Below are positions 10,401 through 21,100 of a stretch of 64,000 bases of DNA, piece after piece. Position 1 is the stretch's first letter, and each line of letters begins with the position of its first letter. Source of the stretch: a virus. The translations under genes were made by a program, and so were the position numbers. The notes under the pieces were generated by a model. It was not told the DNA's origin. It saw only the letters and a list, made by a program, of their open reading frames with translations, and searched no databases. The stretch lies in IMG/VR virus record IMGVR_UViG_3300025084_000006; one strand, written 5' to 3'.

Positions 10401-13400
10401 TTTTTCTCCAGTAGTAATTCTAACTTCTTCAGATGAATCATCATACGATACTGTTTCTGCTTCTCCTGTCCATGCAGCAGATTCTCTAGGTGCTTTACCA
10501 GCAGGGATCAAAACAATACCACTAGCATTGCCACTTTCGTCAGTGATGATAGGTGCATTGAAAGTAGATAATGAGTTGCCAGGAATACCAGTAAATCTAA
10601 TATCAGGAACAACCCATCTGTTAATCTTCTTACCTTCTAAGTATACGTATACTTCAGTTTTTGGTTTAAGTCTACGGATGGTAAATTTAACTGGAATGCT
10701 GCGAGCAAAATATTGCAGTGCAGCTGCAACAGACTTACCGCGACTAGTTCTAGAAGAAATACCTTTACCGATCTCATTATTCATCGGACTGATATTAGAA
10801 GAACTCGCAACATTTGCTTTGATAACTTCTTCACCAGATATTTCTGTATTGGTTTTTGATAGAGGATTGATATTATAGAAAGATCTTTCGGTGCCAGACC
10901 AGGTTACAATAAAGGAATTGTACAGACTTGCGAATGCCACTTCTAGATCTTCTTTAGCAAGGAAGGGTACAAATAGATCCGTATTGTTATCTGTAACTAG
11001 AGGAGCAATAGATCTATCGTACCAAGAATCAACATTGGGGTCTACGGATAGATCACCAACATATTGAAGAACAACAAATGGATTTGGATTAATTGTCTTC
11101 GTAGCAAAATTATTACCAAGTAATCTACGATTAGTATATGGTAGTGTTAGAACACCTTTATTGTTAACATAACCAGAAACTTCTCTTTGATCATTTCTAG
11201 TATTAATTTCCTTGACGAGGAAACTATCTTCACTAACTTGTGGTCTAAGAACAGACTGCTGAGTATCAATAGAACATACATGATCTATTGATTTGATATC
11301 TCCTTTATGTGTTTCAAAGTTATCTACATAAAAACCACACTTAAATCTGTCAAGACCAATATCATCGGTAACTTGCATGTTCAGTGTTTGCTGTTCTAAA
11401 ACACTAAGAGAAGTATAATACTCTAGACGTTCGACACGTTGATTTAATTTTCCAATATCCTTCATCGTGTAACGCTTATTCTCTACAGGAATAATACGGA
11501 CATCTCTGTAAGAATCTGTAAATGCAGGAATGTAGAGATAGTAGAGTGGAGTAGAATCGCTGATTGTCTCTGGACGTGATGGGTTAAGTGAAGAATTTCC
11601 TTTCTTAACAACAAAATTTCCATCAGTATTCAAGAACACACCATCAATTCTATCAAGGTATTGCTCTTTATTATACTTGATAGTAAATTCTAGATTAGAA
11701 TCATCCGATGGACAATTAGCGGGAATACCAGATACACCAGAGAATGACAAGAAGTCAGATTCTGAAAGGAAAGTTTTATCTTGATATCCAGGAAGTATGT
11801 TAGAGTTATCTACTTTAGGTCTGAAATCAATAACATCTTTAAGTGATACTAAACCACTAACAGATGAGTTAAAAGATGGAATGTCTTTCTCAGTTACACC
11901 TGCTTCATGCAAATACGAATCGATAGTACAGAAGTCACCTTGTGAGTGCTCGAAGTAATCAAATGCAATTACAAGTTGACCTGTAGGTGCAGTAAGACCT
12001 GGTTTTAAAACCAATCTTGCAACATCATAAAATGTATCTCTTTGTCCATTGTCAAATGTATACTTATTAGAAACATCTACTCCGCTAATAAGATTACCTC
12101 CAGCATCTACAGTAGGAGGAGAAGAAACAGATCCTTCATAAACATATCTTAATTTGAAGACATCTGAGTAAGAAGTAATTTGAATAGTTTCGCCACCAAG
12201 TTCTTGTCCTCTTAGTGGTACTACAGAAGTTCCTCCAGATTGAACAATAATTTGCTTGTTCAGAATAGAAGTTTTGAGTCTTGGTTTTGCTTTAGATACT
12301 TCTAAAGTAGCAGTCAACTTCATCTTAGGGAAGTTGTTTTCAGGAAGAGTCCAATCGGGATCACCTGATTGAGGATTTGCAGCTCTTGCTTCTAGAGCAG
12401 TACGCAGAGCAGTGATATCACCAAAATGATTTTCAGGGAAATTAATTGTGACACTTCCTGCAGTTAGATTACTATCTGATTGAGCAATAGTTACATATTC
12501 AGGATCAACGTAAACTACATCACCTTTCTTAAGAGGACCACCAAACAATTGAAGAGCTCCACTCGAATCAATAGCATGCTCAGCAACACCTGTCTCTAGA
12601 ACAGTAATCAAGAAGTTCTTATCTGAGAAAGGAGCAAAGCGTTGAGTACCAAATGGAAGTTGAGCAGCAAAAGTTAAGTTTCCACTAGCAGATGCAGCAC
12701 TCGTAATAAAATCTCTTCTAAAATAATATTTGATTTTAGAGTCTTCTGAAGAATCAATAAGAGTCTTAATCTGCTTGTCGCCAGTTGGGAAAACTAGAGT
12801 ACCGCTTGGATTTTCAATTATTGGTCTTTGCAGAACAACAGAAGCATTCTCTGCATTTGCCTGCAGAACTCTATCTAGATAGATTCTCGATCTCTTTGTT
12901 CCGTCAGGTCTAGTAGCATATTGAACGATGTACTTATATACGGCACCAGTAACGTCCGAGAACTGCACCACGTCGCCTTGAACAAGGTTCTTCGATGCAT
13001 CACCACCAAATCCATTACACTCGATAAACTTGTACCCTGCAGTGCCTGAGAAGGTAAAGTCAGTTACTGAAAGTGTATTGACATATCCAGTCTTTTCGAG
13101 TTCAATATCAGCAGAGAATTTATTGGCATTACCAGAACCAAACTGAGAGAATACAGATTTAATATTCTTTGGAGAATATGTATATACTGTATTTCTGAAT
13201 AGAACAGGAGTAACAATAGCAGCATTAGTTGGGACAGTACCAGTAAACTCAACAATCGGAGGACGTGAGTATAGAGTGTCTGTAGAATTTCTATCGCTAA
13301 CATAGATACTATCTAAAGCACCTGCACCAGATCTAACAATAGCAATTGAAGACTCGTCAAAAGTAACACCATCAAGAATAATTCTTGTTCCTGCAGCGTA

Positions 13401-15641
13401 ACTATCTCCCCTAGTAGGAATAATAAAGTGAGAAATTGTATTATCTGTCGCAATCTTAATTGTTTCGCCAGTTTCTGATGTAATTGTTTCACCACCTTTA
13501 AACTCGCCAAACACCATAGTAACAAACAACTTGGCGACTGACGAGTAGGTAGCCAATGTACCTCCCTCAATAACAGCAATAGCACCACTTATGGAACCAT
13601 AAATGTACTTACCAGGATTAAAAGAATCTCCAGTAATTTGTGTTTCTAAAAGAATTCTTGTGAAGAATTGAGGAGCAAAATATGAAAGGTCAAAAATAGA
13701 ATTGTATTGTTCTAGACCACCAGCAAGTCTACCTTTAGATACAATTTTATCAAGATCTTTATTAAAACCAGAACTAATTTCTTTTAGAGCAATATTTTTT
13801 GGTTTAGCAATACCTACGATAGGTGTAATAGTTTCATTATAATCACGCAGATCAAATAGTTCGCTACTATTATCTTCAACATCTGCTTGTGATTTAAATA
13901 ACTTCCTCAGTTTATTTGATGCTGATGCATCATAATCAATTACAAAAATATCTAGTTCAGATCTATTTCCTTTTACTGTAATTTCAACAAATTGATTTGC
14001 ACCAGCGGCAGAAATTTCTGGACGGGATACAATTGAGAATGCTAAAACATCTACCTCTCCAAAACTGGTAACCTGACTAGAAGATCTAGTTTTGATAAAA
14101 TATAATTTTTTAAACGTAGATTTAAAGTTAGCATCAGTCATATCTGCGATGCCAAAACCAGATCCAGCTTCAATCTGACAATAGATTGTCTTGACTCCTT
14201 CTTCTACGCCATATCCTTGTCCACGGCGATTGGTAGTCTGCTTGACACCATCATTTGCTTCTGTGTCATTAAGACCGACAGAACCATCATTGTAAGTAGA
14301 ATTTAAAAATAGTGTAGGATACGATGTTAGTTCAGCACCCTCTGCATTAAGTGGGGTTGTACCATATACGTTACTAATATAGAAGGAAGTCAGACCTGTT
14401 GTTTTTAGTGTCTGATTTTCTCTTTTAATTGTATCTCTTGCTTTATCAATTTCGAGATACTTACTCTCTTTATTTTTAACTTCATATCCTTTAATATATG
14501 CTTTACCAGAACCAATAGTTCCTAGGAGTTTTGCGGATGCTTGATTTACTGATAGACCATTAACAAGTCCATCAGCATCGGCAGTATAGAATCCTAAGTT
14601 ATTATCATTTTGATAATACTCTCTAACTTGTAGAGGGAATGGTTCTACAACATAATCACCAGATTCGTCAAAAGTTTTCTTAGCAATTGCTGCTTCTACA
14701 AGAGAATAGTCATTTGCTTTAATTTGTTTCTGAATAGTACCACTTTTAATAAGTAGTAGTTGAATAAAATTCTTATCAGTTAGATCATAGTAACCATACT
14801 TAACAAGTTCTAGACTAATTTTAAGTCTATGAGCACCAGGAGCAGAGAAATTAGAATAACCCCTTGCATTATCATACAAAGAACTATCTTCCTCAGGTGT
14901 AACCAGAGACTCTACAATTTTAAAACCAATTTTGCTGGAAGGTGCATCGTAGTATTTGCTAACAACTAAAAGTTGCTCAGCATTTCTTACAAAATATCCA
15001 TTAACAAAGTAAATACCTTCTTCTACTTTTATAGCAGAAGCAAATCCCAATGCGGGACTATCAATAAATTGTTCAATACCTGTGTCAGGATCAGTAACAC
15101 TGATACTGGTAGGAAGAGATACTCCATCAGTTCCGACAACCAATAGAGGAGAATTAACACCACCAATTACTTCTAAAGTCTCACCTTGACGGAATCTCTC
15201 TTCGTCACCAGATGCACCAGAGTCTAAGTAATTGACATAAATTGTATCTGATTCTGTATCAGAACCAAATTCTGTAGCAATAACACTTGCAATAACACTA
15301 GATGATACACCCTGAATTTTCAGACCGACCAGTTGACTAATGTCATATTTTTGATATACAACGTTTCCTGCTTCGTCACTGATTGCAACCTCAGAAACAG
15401 AAGATAGTTTAACGTAATTTAGTTTCGTATTGAACCCGACTTCTCCAGGCACAACAAGATCGCCTTGCTTGAAGACGTTCCTCCCGAATGATTCTAATTG
15501 AGTTTGTAATACAGACTGGAGAGTTGTTAGTTCTCTAGTCTGTACCGCAAACCCTGGTCTAAACAAGACCTTATAGAAATTATTCTGAGAATCAAAGTCT
15601 TCAAAGTAAGGCGATGCGTTTAAGTTAGTATTTTGAGGCAT
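7419..15641 (-). CDS. VrlC-like (DUF4815-type) large structural/baseplate-associated protein (2740 aa)
   Basis: N-terminus NLNASPYFEDFD..NFYKVLFRPGFAVQTRELTTLQS; internal RYTMKDIGKL..RVERLEYYTSLS and PLAQTF motifs; C-terminus VPKIQDIRVVA; follows gp8 as in cyanomyoviruses. Confidence 0.85.
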   Translation of the reverse strand: MPQNTNLNASPYFEDFDSQNNFYKVLFRPGFAVQTRELTTLQSVLQTQLESFGRNVFKQGDLVVPGEVGFNTKLNYVKLSSVSEVAISDEAGNVVYQKYDISQLVGLKIQGVSSSVIASVIATEFGSDTESDTIYVNYLDSGASGDEERFRQGETLEVIGGVNSPLLVVGTDGVSLPTSISVTDPDTGIEQFIDSPALGFASAIKVEEGIYFVNGYFVRNAEQLLVVSKYYDAPSSKIGFKIVESLVTPEEDSSLYDNARGYSNFSAPGAHRLKISLELVKYGYYDLTDKNFIQLLLIKSGTIQKQIKANDYSLVEAAIAKKTFDESGDYVVEPFPLQVREYYQNDNNLGFYTADADGLVNGLSVNQASAKLLGTIGSGKAYIKGYEVKNKESKYLEIDKARDTIKRENQTLKTTGLTSFYISNVYGTTPLNAEGAELTSYPTLFLNSTYNDGSVGLNDTEANDGVKQTTNRRGQGYGVEEGVKTIYCQIEAGSGFGIADMTDANFKSTFKKLYFIKTRSSSQVTSFGEVDVLAFSIVSRPEISAAGANQFVEITVKGNRSELDIFVIDYDASASNKLRKLFKSQADVEDNSSELFDLRDYNETITPIVGIAKPKNIALKEISSGFNKDLDKIVSKGRLAGGLEQYNSIFDLSYFAPQFFTRILLETQITGDSFNPGKYIYGSISGAIAVIEGGTLATYSSVAKLFVTMVFGEFKGGETITSETGETIKIATDNTISHFIIPTRGDSYAAGTRIILDGVTFDESSIAIVRSGAGALDSIYVSDRNSTDTLYSRPPIVEFTGTVPTNAAIVTPVLFRNTVYTYSPKNIKSVFSQFGSGNANKFSADIELEKTGYVNTLSVTDFTFSGTAGYKFIECNGFGGDASKNLVQGDVVQFSDVTGAVYKYIVQYATRPDGTKRSRIYLDRVLQANAENASVVLQRPIIENPSGTLVFPTGDKQIKTLIDSSEDSKIKYYFRRDFITSAASASGNLTFAAQLPFGTQRFAPFSDKNFLITVLETGVAEHAIDSSGALQLFGGPLKKGDVVYVDPEYVTIAQSDSNLTAGSVTINFPENHFGDITALRTALEARAANPQSGDPDWTLPENNFPKMKLTATLEVSKAKPRLKTSILNKQIIVQSGGTSVVPLRGQELGGETIQITSYSDVFKLRYVYEGSVSSPPTVDAGGNLISGVDVSNKYTFDNGQRDTFYDVARLVLKPGLTAPTGQLVIAFDYFEHSQGDFCTIDSYLHEAGVTEKDIPSFNSSVSGLVSLKDVIDFRPKVDNSNILPGYQDKTFLSESDFLSFSGVSGIPANCPSDDSNLEFTIKYNKEQYLDRIDGVFLNTDGNFVVKKGNSSLNPSRPETISDSTPLYYLYIPAFTDSYRDVRIIPVENKRYTMKDIGKLNQRVERLEYYTSLSVLEQQTLNMQVTDDIGLDRFKCGFYVDNFETHKGDIKSIDHVCSIDTQQSVLRPQVSEDSFLVKEINTRNDQREVSGYVNNKGVLTLPYTNRRLLGNNFATKTINPNPFVVLQYVGDLSVDPNVDSWYDRSIAPLVTDNNTDLFVPFLAKEDLEVAFASLYNSFIVTWSGTERSFYNINPLSKTNTEISGEEVIKANVASSSNISPMNNEIGKGISSRTSRGKSVAAALQYFARSIPVKFTIRRLKPKTEVYVYLEGKKINRWVVPDIRFTGIPGNSLSTFNAPIITDESGNASGIVLIPAGKAPRESAAWTGEAETVSYDDSSEEVRITTGEKTLRFTSSATNRNKADVETFAETKFYASGLLPDNPASIVSTKPAYFKANEGTQLVTNNTEVEQKPNPLAQTFKVEEYDEGVFATGVDLYISKKSDSIPIRVYLTDVDSEKPGKNIIPGTEIVKEPYTYVKAYVSASVTVIKEENIIGVTTNASGPILKILDKNNNQLPVSEDNEIQLNNEQVYTFVLSNNNGTAFIANEELKLNSITVFNNANNTEISARIAKDSGVVSVMKVTNTGSNYDSATITIESPSLPGGSNATGSVKVSDGLIYDTTITLSGRGYTEPPSVVIRGSGIGNTGATIETEIEITEPAVRMGVAEDVDGGIPSVTPTNFMFDYPVFLQNNTEYSLVVETDSKDYNIWVSKLGETEIATNTTVTTNPSLGSVYKSQNTGSWVEDLFEDIKFTLYRAEFDISNTASIDLTTISQGYENMIENPLETYAFANANATSSLFKNNNNIIKVNHKNHGFDLNNSYVFFKNLDTTAGFTQGSLNTTLFKVSNAGLDTFNISGIGRAADTITGGGANGLIASNKKYERLLAQIAYLQSPSTNIETFVKSTDVIAVDSSTENYNSYGPVDFEKTFLNEEQFFINQKVIASDINVLMNDLERSLTYRLNLSSNKSYLSPIIDLNTSSIKISSNRVENAKGKEGRYGKRLQVVEFFPVYSFVVAGNSVDVSLGQTVEGVGYEASGIEASGARGEIVFWNQSNSTILVKVKNQSNFISGEQLFFSIQSQAGESFENDTIRISGAAPQLIRPNFNFDQLVTAINPSATTTNYDNLIAGTVTSWDVPNQILILENDKEPVNSDYNSDNKSGSFVRAQQVADQASDILRVGDLVSWSGLIAGYEKLYEIKSMRFTDGVDFVPENSAKETSAVAKYTTKEIALKTQASGIDVIITANVSNSENIKLSYKTKTTSVQKKFEDIEWILFNDTGMPINPENATPQNTISAQKEEQSAYQEFRYSVDNLDDFISFGVKVTMSSDDPAYVPKIQDIRVVASV

Positions 15642-15675
15642 TGTATATGCACTAACGTCCTGGTTTTCCTAACGT

Positions 15676-15682
15676 TATTTAG
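15676..15682 (-). promoter_or_regulatory. Late promoter (CTAAATA)
   Basis: Intergenic tatttag about 35 nt upstream of ATG 15641. Confidence 0.65.
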
Positions 15683-15686
15683 GAGG

Positions 15687-17555
15687 TCAGAACTCAATTA
15701 CTAACTTGATGTCTTCAATTTGGTCAGGAGCACGTGTGATGAGTCTTCTGTTCTCAACATAAATGACATCTCCAGAGTTCGCTTCGATCTCAGGATTACC
15801 TTGACCATTGGTGAAACTAACACCTAGAAGTGTGACAGCAGTGGTTGTTGTATCAACTGTGCCAGAAGCAAGAGATGAAGTACCAACAACAGCAGCACTA
15901 GAATCAAATTCTCTTACAACTCCGTTTTCTGCATGCAAACCAGGGACTTGGATGTACTTAAGAACACCATCAGTGGTAGAACCAGAATCAAGAGTCCAAG
16001 AAACTACGGTGCCTTTTGCAGTACCACCAGAAGACAATGCTTGAGTAATTTCTTCATCAGCATTGTAGTCAGCAGTTGCATTTTCGATCTTAACTGCAAA
16101 CAAACCATTACGGGTGTCGTTAGTTGCGAAATCGGTAGTGCCGTAGTTGTATGGGTCCTTGATAATGCCGATACGACGGAAGTCGTTATCAACGGGGAAG
16201 TCGCCAGAACCTTCAGCGTAGGTCAAACGAATGTTCGTCATAACACGCTTAGCGCCGAACTCAGACTCCATGTCTGAACCATGACCGCCTTCGGGGGCAA
16301 TAATAACTTCCAAAGCACCTGTGCCAGAAACGCCAGTGCGTCCAGTTGTAAGTGCAGAAGTAGTGAATAGACCAGTCTTGATACCACCGACTGTTACGCC
16401 GTCAGCAAGGTTGACTGAACCATAAGTATAACCAGCACCTTCTGTTACAATTTTAGCAGACTGGATAACATTAGAAGCAACTACGATTTCTACAACTGCT
16501 TCAGTACCGCCAGCAAGTTGACCATCACCATTAATAGGTGCATAGTGGGTTCCGTTAGGAAGACCGCCGCCAACTTCTTCTACTAGAACAACGTTTACTG
16601 CACCTTCAACCGCAGCAGATTGGACAGCAGCTCTAGTGCTTTCCGATGGTAGGTTGATGGGTAGGAAGTTGGTAGAAAGGAAGCGAAGAACATCATCTGT
16701 TGGGATGGTGTACATATACTTCCAAGCATAACCTGCAGTTTCAGAAACTTCTAGGTCAGCACCTTCGGTAAACACATTACCATTATAAGTACCTTGACCA
16801 GCAGAAGGAGAGGTCTTGGGTTCGTACTGAGGGTTAGGGGAAGTTCTGCCAGGGAACTCACCATTATAGAGGCACTTGAATACCTCGTAGTTAGAGTTGA
16901 TTACATAGTACTTAGCAGTTGCTAGAGATGCAGCATTAGTAAGTGCTAGTTTGCCGATCTGACCAGTCGTGGTTGCGGTGTAGTCAGGCTTGTACATGTC
17001 GAAACGAGGTTCCGCAGCAAGCGTGTTCCAATCGTAACGAGTAATTACACCACGGGCAAACGAATCGGTGATACGCTTAGCAGCAATAATTTCATCATAA
17101 ACATCAAATTTTTCCGACTGGTGATCCAGTGGAGTAGGAGGGGTGTCTTCTGTAGCAAAGCGATATACACCTGCTCTTGCTTCTGCTCCTGTATCGGATG
17201 CTCCGTTCCAACCTTCAACTACAGAGTTGGGGAGAGGAGTTGAAGATGTACTTGGAGAAACTGAACTAAGGATAAGAGAATTTTCGTATACTGCTACAAT
17301 GCTTGCCTTGAAAGGTGCATTTGCCCAAGTATACGATCCATTCGTATCGCTAGAAACATAAACAAACTGACCAGCAGTAAATGCTGTTGCGTTTGCGGAG
17401 TAAATCTCCAAGTATGAATTCCATGCTTGTGGACGACCCACAAAGAAGTACATTCTAGTTCTGTCGGATCCAGTATCACTACTGCCTTCGGACAGAGACT
17501 CTAGAAATTGTTTAGCATTGAAAATTCTAAATTTGTCTGAAATAATTGCAGCCAT
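15687..17555 (-). CDS. gp8: Baseplate wedge subunit gp8
   Basis: MAAIISDKFRIFNA..F; YYVINSNYEVFKCLYNG; WKYMYTI; NDFRRIGII.DP; C-terminus IYVENR..ITRAPDQIEDIKLVIEF. Confidence 0.92.
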   Translation of the reverse strand: MAAIISDKFRIFNAKQFLESLSEGSSDTGSDRTRMYFFVGRPQAWNSYLEIYSANATAFTAGQFVYVSSDTNGSYTWANAPFKASIVAVYENSLILSSVSPSTSSTPLPNSVVEGWNGASDTGAEARAGVYRFATEDTPPTPLDHQSEKFDVYDEIIAAKRITDSFARGVITRYDWNTLAAEPRFDMYKPDYTATTTGQIGKLALTNAASLATAKYYVINSNYEVFKCLYNGEFPGRTSPNPQYEPKTSPSAGQGTYNGNVFTEGADLEVSETAGYAWKYMYTIPTDDVLRFLSTNFLPINLPSESTRAAVQSAAVEGAVNVVLVEEVGGGLPNGTHYAPINGDGQLAGGTEAVVEIVVASNVIQSAKIVTEGAGYTYGSVNLADGVTVGGIKTGLFTTSALTTGRTGVSGTGALEVIIAPEGGHGSDMESEFGAKRVMTNIRLTYAEGSGDFPVDNDFRRIGIIKDPYNYGTTDFATNDTRNGLFAVKIENATADYNADEEITQALSSGGTAKGTVVSWTLDSGSTTDGVLKYIQVPGLHAENGVVREFDSSAAVVGTSSLASGTVDTTTTAVTLLGVSFTNGQGNPEIEANSGDVIYVENRRLITRAPDQIEDIKLVIEF

Positions 17556-17588
17556 TTATTTTTTCTCTAGAACGTTGTTGTCTTGATT

Positions 17589-17596
17589 TATTTATA
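17589..17596 (-). promoter_or_regulatory. T4 late promoter (perfect TATAAATA)
   Basis: tatttata in the intergenic gap upstream of gp8. Confidence 0.85.
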
Positions 17597-17609
17597 CAAT
17601 ATAGTTTGA

Positions 17610-18155
17610 TCAATCAACAGAATACTGGATGAACTCCGTAGAAGGCGGAATATTCACATTTCCAGACTTAACATAACCAATAAATCCTGTGGCAGTCTTA
17701 GATGTATACTCAAAAAGAGTACGCGCACTACCACCAATAAAAAGATGACCAGCACTTCCAAATCTTGTAATGTTAGTTTCTGCTTCAAGAATTGTTTGAT
17801 TTGACTCATCAGTAGTCAGTACTTGTAGACTATTGATGCTAGAACCAAAAGGTAATGCTTGAGTAGAACCAGCAAAATTGAATTTATTACCTGTCAATGT
17901 GAATGAAGAATCTGGTCTTAATTCAAAATCTCTAATTTGAAGAGTAGGAAATTCTCTTGTTAAATCATCAATAACATTATCACCACTGAAAATGTGCTTT
18001 TCAAAAGCCGCAAGAGTATGGAAAGCATTACCAGAATCAAACGAATCAAATCCCTCTGGTTTTCTTTGCTTAAAATTTTCTACTTTAATAACTAAAGTAT
18101 TTCTTTTAAGTACCTCATTATAAGGACTTGCTAATTGTAACTGCGTTTGTGGCAT
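17610..18155 (-). CDS. Hypothetical baseplate-associated protein (181 aa), possibly a detached C-terminal module of gp7
   Basis: Starts 5 nt after the gp7 stop and lies between gp7 and gp8. Confidence 0.7.
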   Translation of the reverse strand: MPQTQLQLASPYNEVLKRNTLVIKVENFKQRKPEGFDSFDSGNAFHTLAAFEKHIFSGDNVIDDLTREFPTLQIRDFELRPDSSFTLTGNKFNFAGSTQALPFGSSINSLQVLTTDESNQTILEAETNITRFGSAGHLFIGGSARTLFEYTSKTATGFIGYVKSGNVNIPPSTEFIQYSVD

Positions 18156-18160
18156 TGATT

Positions 18161-21100
18161 TTAACGGAGAAGGACACTGGTTTCTAGTACAACTAGTTCT
18201 TCAAAGAAGTCTAAGACTCCCATCTCTCTATTTAACGTAATATCTGCAGGTTTATCTTTACCATCAATAACTGGTAGATGGTTGCCAAGAATAGCAACTT
18301 CAGTTTCAGTTCCGTGAATAACTGCATATAGAGCAGTTTCAGTACTTAGAATAGAAGCAACTGGAATTGGTGAATTGAGTCCACCTGGATCAGTGCTTGG
18401 AGGAATTGCTGCAAATATTTGTAGAGATTGAGAGACTGATGTTTCAACTTGTGAAGTATGTAGATCTAGTGCCTTTTCTGTTACAATAGAAGCATTATTA
18501 ATAGTTTGAATTGTAGATGCAACGACAGATACACTTTCATCACTCATCAAGACAGAAGACTCAGTTGGAGTTGCTGTAGAAGTGAGCTGTAGAGTTATAA
18601 CTTGATCATTGTATGTTAGGTATGGAGCAATCTCATATTCAATAACGTCAGTAAGAACCTGCTGAGGAAGTTCAGCACTATTAATAGATTGAATTGTAGA
18701 TGCAGCAACAGATACACTCTCACTGCTCATCAATACAGAAGATTCAGTTAGTGAGATTACATAATTTTGAATTGCAACAGATACTTCAGTTACAGAAGGC
18801 TGAATCTCCTTCTGTAGAGTCATCTTAAGGTTAGTATCTACCTGAACGTCTACAATATCACTGATGGAGTGAATTTGATTCTTAACTTCAATGTTGGATA
18901 CATCACTCTGTGCAACACTGACGATAGTAGCAATAATGCTTCTAGGACCAGCATCAATAACCCTTACAGAATCTGGGATAGTTCTGATGTATTGACCTGC
19001 AGGATGAGCAACTGCTACAGTTCTATCAAGACCTCTAGTAACATTAAGGAATCTATCTTGTAGTTTTCTTTCATATCCAACAATCTCTCTACCAACTTGT
19101 AGTTTACCAACGTCTGCAAACAGAGACGTATTATTAACATATAGAGTAGTACCTATTGGAGATAGTGGGGAATCCAACAATGCACCAGTTGCAGATGCAG
19201 ATTCTTCACGGAAGTATGCAATTGGTGTATTAATAATCTTCTGTAAATTATTAATAATAACGTCAACACCACCAGCAGGACTGATGTTAGTGATACTTGC
19301 AATTGGGTTATCAAGTGTAACTGTGATGAGAGTCTCATTAATAAGAAGTTCAGATGCAACTTGATCAATTGCAGTGAATGGATCCCTATTAGTAAAGATA
19401 ATAGAGTTACCTTCAGGCAACCCTAGTTGATCACCAACTTCTTCTGCCTCAGGTGTAATGATGTTAACAATTTCATCGTTATCAATTGGTGTAACTGAAC
19501 CAACAATACCAAATGAGATGAGAGAGAAGAGACCAGTAGATTGTCCCTGACCAGAAATAATAATCTCTGTAGCAATGGTAGTTTGCTGTTGTAAACCAAT
19601 TTGTGTTCCAATCTCAAGTCTATAGTTAGATTGAATAGTTCTATTTGGTTTACGTAGAACGTTATATCCTCGTGTTACAACTGCCCTAGGTGGTTGAGTG
19701 TATCCACTACCACCCTCAAGGAGAATAACATCTAAAACTTGTCCTGCAATAGTGAGAACTTCTGCTCTTGCACCACCACCTCTTCCATCGACAGGAATAA
19801 ATTTAACTTGAGGTGGAACAAAATACTGATATGCTGTTGGTTGTAGTAGAATACCTGTATCAAAAAAGAGTTTTAGATCTCTTCTATTCCACTCAAGGTC
19901 ACTAAAACCAACACCAGTGACGGCACCACCATCACCAATAGTGCAAGTAACACTAAGACCTTCTCCTCTTACTATATCATTATAGTTAGTAACTTCAATA
20001 GGACTATAGTGCTCAAATTTGGCAGTCTGTCCGTTGTTGAAGTTTCTTCCTTTTACTTCTGGTGGGATATACAAAATTTTTCTGTAATCTTTCTCACCAT
20101 CAATCATAATTTCATCGCCAGGAGCAATGTCAACTAGATTATTATAAAGATTGAAGTATGCATCATCACCTAGTTTAGATCCTTTCAACCAATCAGGAAT
20201 ATCTTGAACAAGAACCCTTTCACCATCAGCATTTTTAGAATATTCCCAATCAATTTTAAAGATAGGATATGCTGAGTTGAAACTTACGAAATCAGTAAAG
20301 TCAGTTTGGTCTGTAATGAAGATTCCTTTAATTCTTAGTTCATCATCATCGCTAACTCTTGGATCATAATCATTTGCGGTAAACTTAAGGTTTTCTGCAT
20401 TGAGAATCTTGATAGTTAGTTGTTCTGCAACAACTCCTGGTTTTGCATTGCCAGTTGCTGTTCCGTCTTCTAGAAGATCAAATCTTACACTATTAAGTTT
20501 ACCAATGAATACTCTGTTACCATTATCATCAAATGTGAATACATTCTTGGTAACAGAAGGATCAAAAGCAGTAAAGTTTTCCTGCCACTCAATATATTCA
20601 TCTTTTCCATTAGGATCATCTAATACTTTAGTTAGAACTATACTAACTTCATTTCTAAAAATAATTCTATCATAATCATATGCAGATAAAGTTTTAGGAA
20701 CTTGTCTACCAAACAAAGAAATAATTTCTACTTTGCTTGCTAAAGATTCTCCAGTACTAGGAATATACTTAATAAGTTTTTCTGTAAACGAAATATTTGG
20801 TCCATTCAACTTATAAGTATCAGGTGCTTGTAGAACACCATCAACAAACACTAATGCAAAGTCTGCTTCATTAATATTTTTGACTGTATCAGTTTCTTCA
20901 TCAAATACAAGATATGGACCCTCACCACGATAAGGAATCAATCTCTCATCAATTCTAAGTCTATCGTAACTACCAACACCATATCCATAGAAATATTCTT
21001 TTTGATCTAATTGTTCTGGAGTGTAGTCAATAACATCATAGAAATTTCTTGGTGGTTCAATGAATACAATAATATCTGTTTGGGAATCATTAGCACTCCT

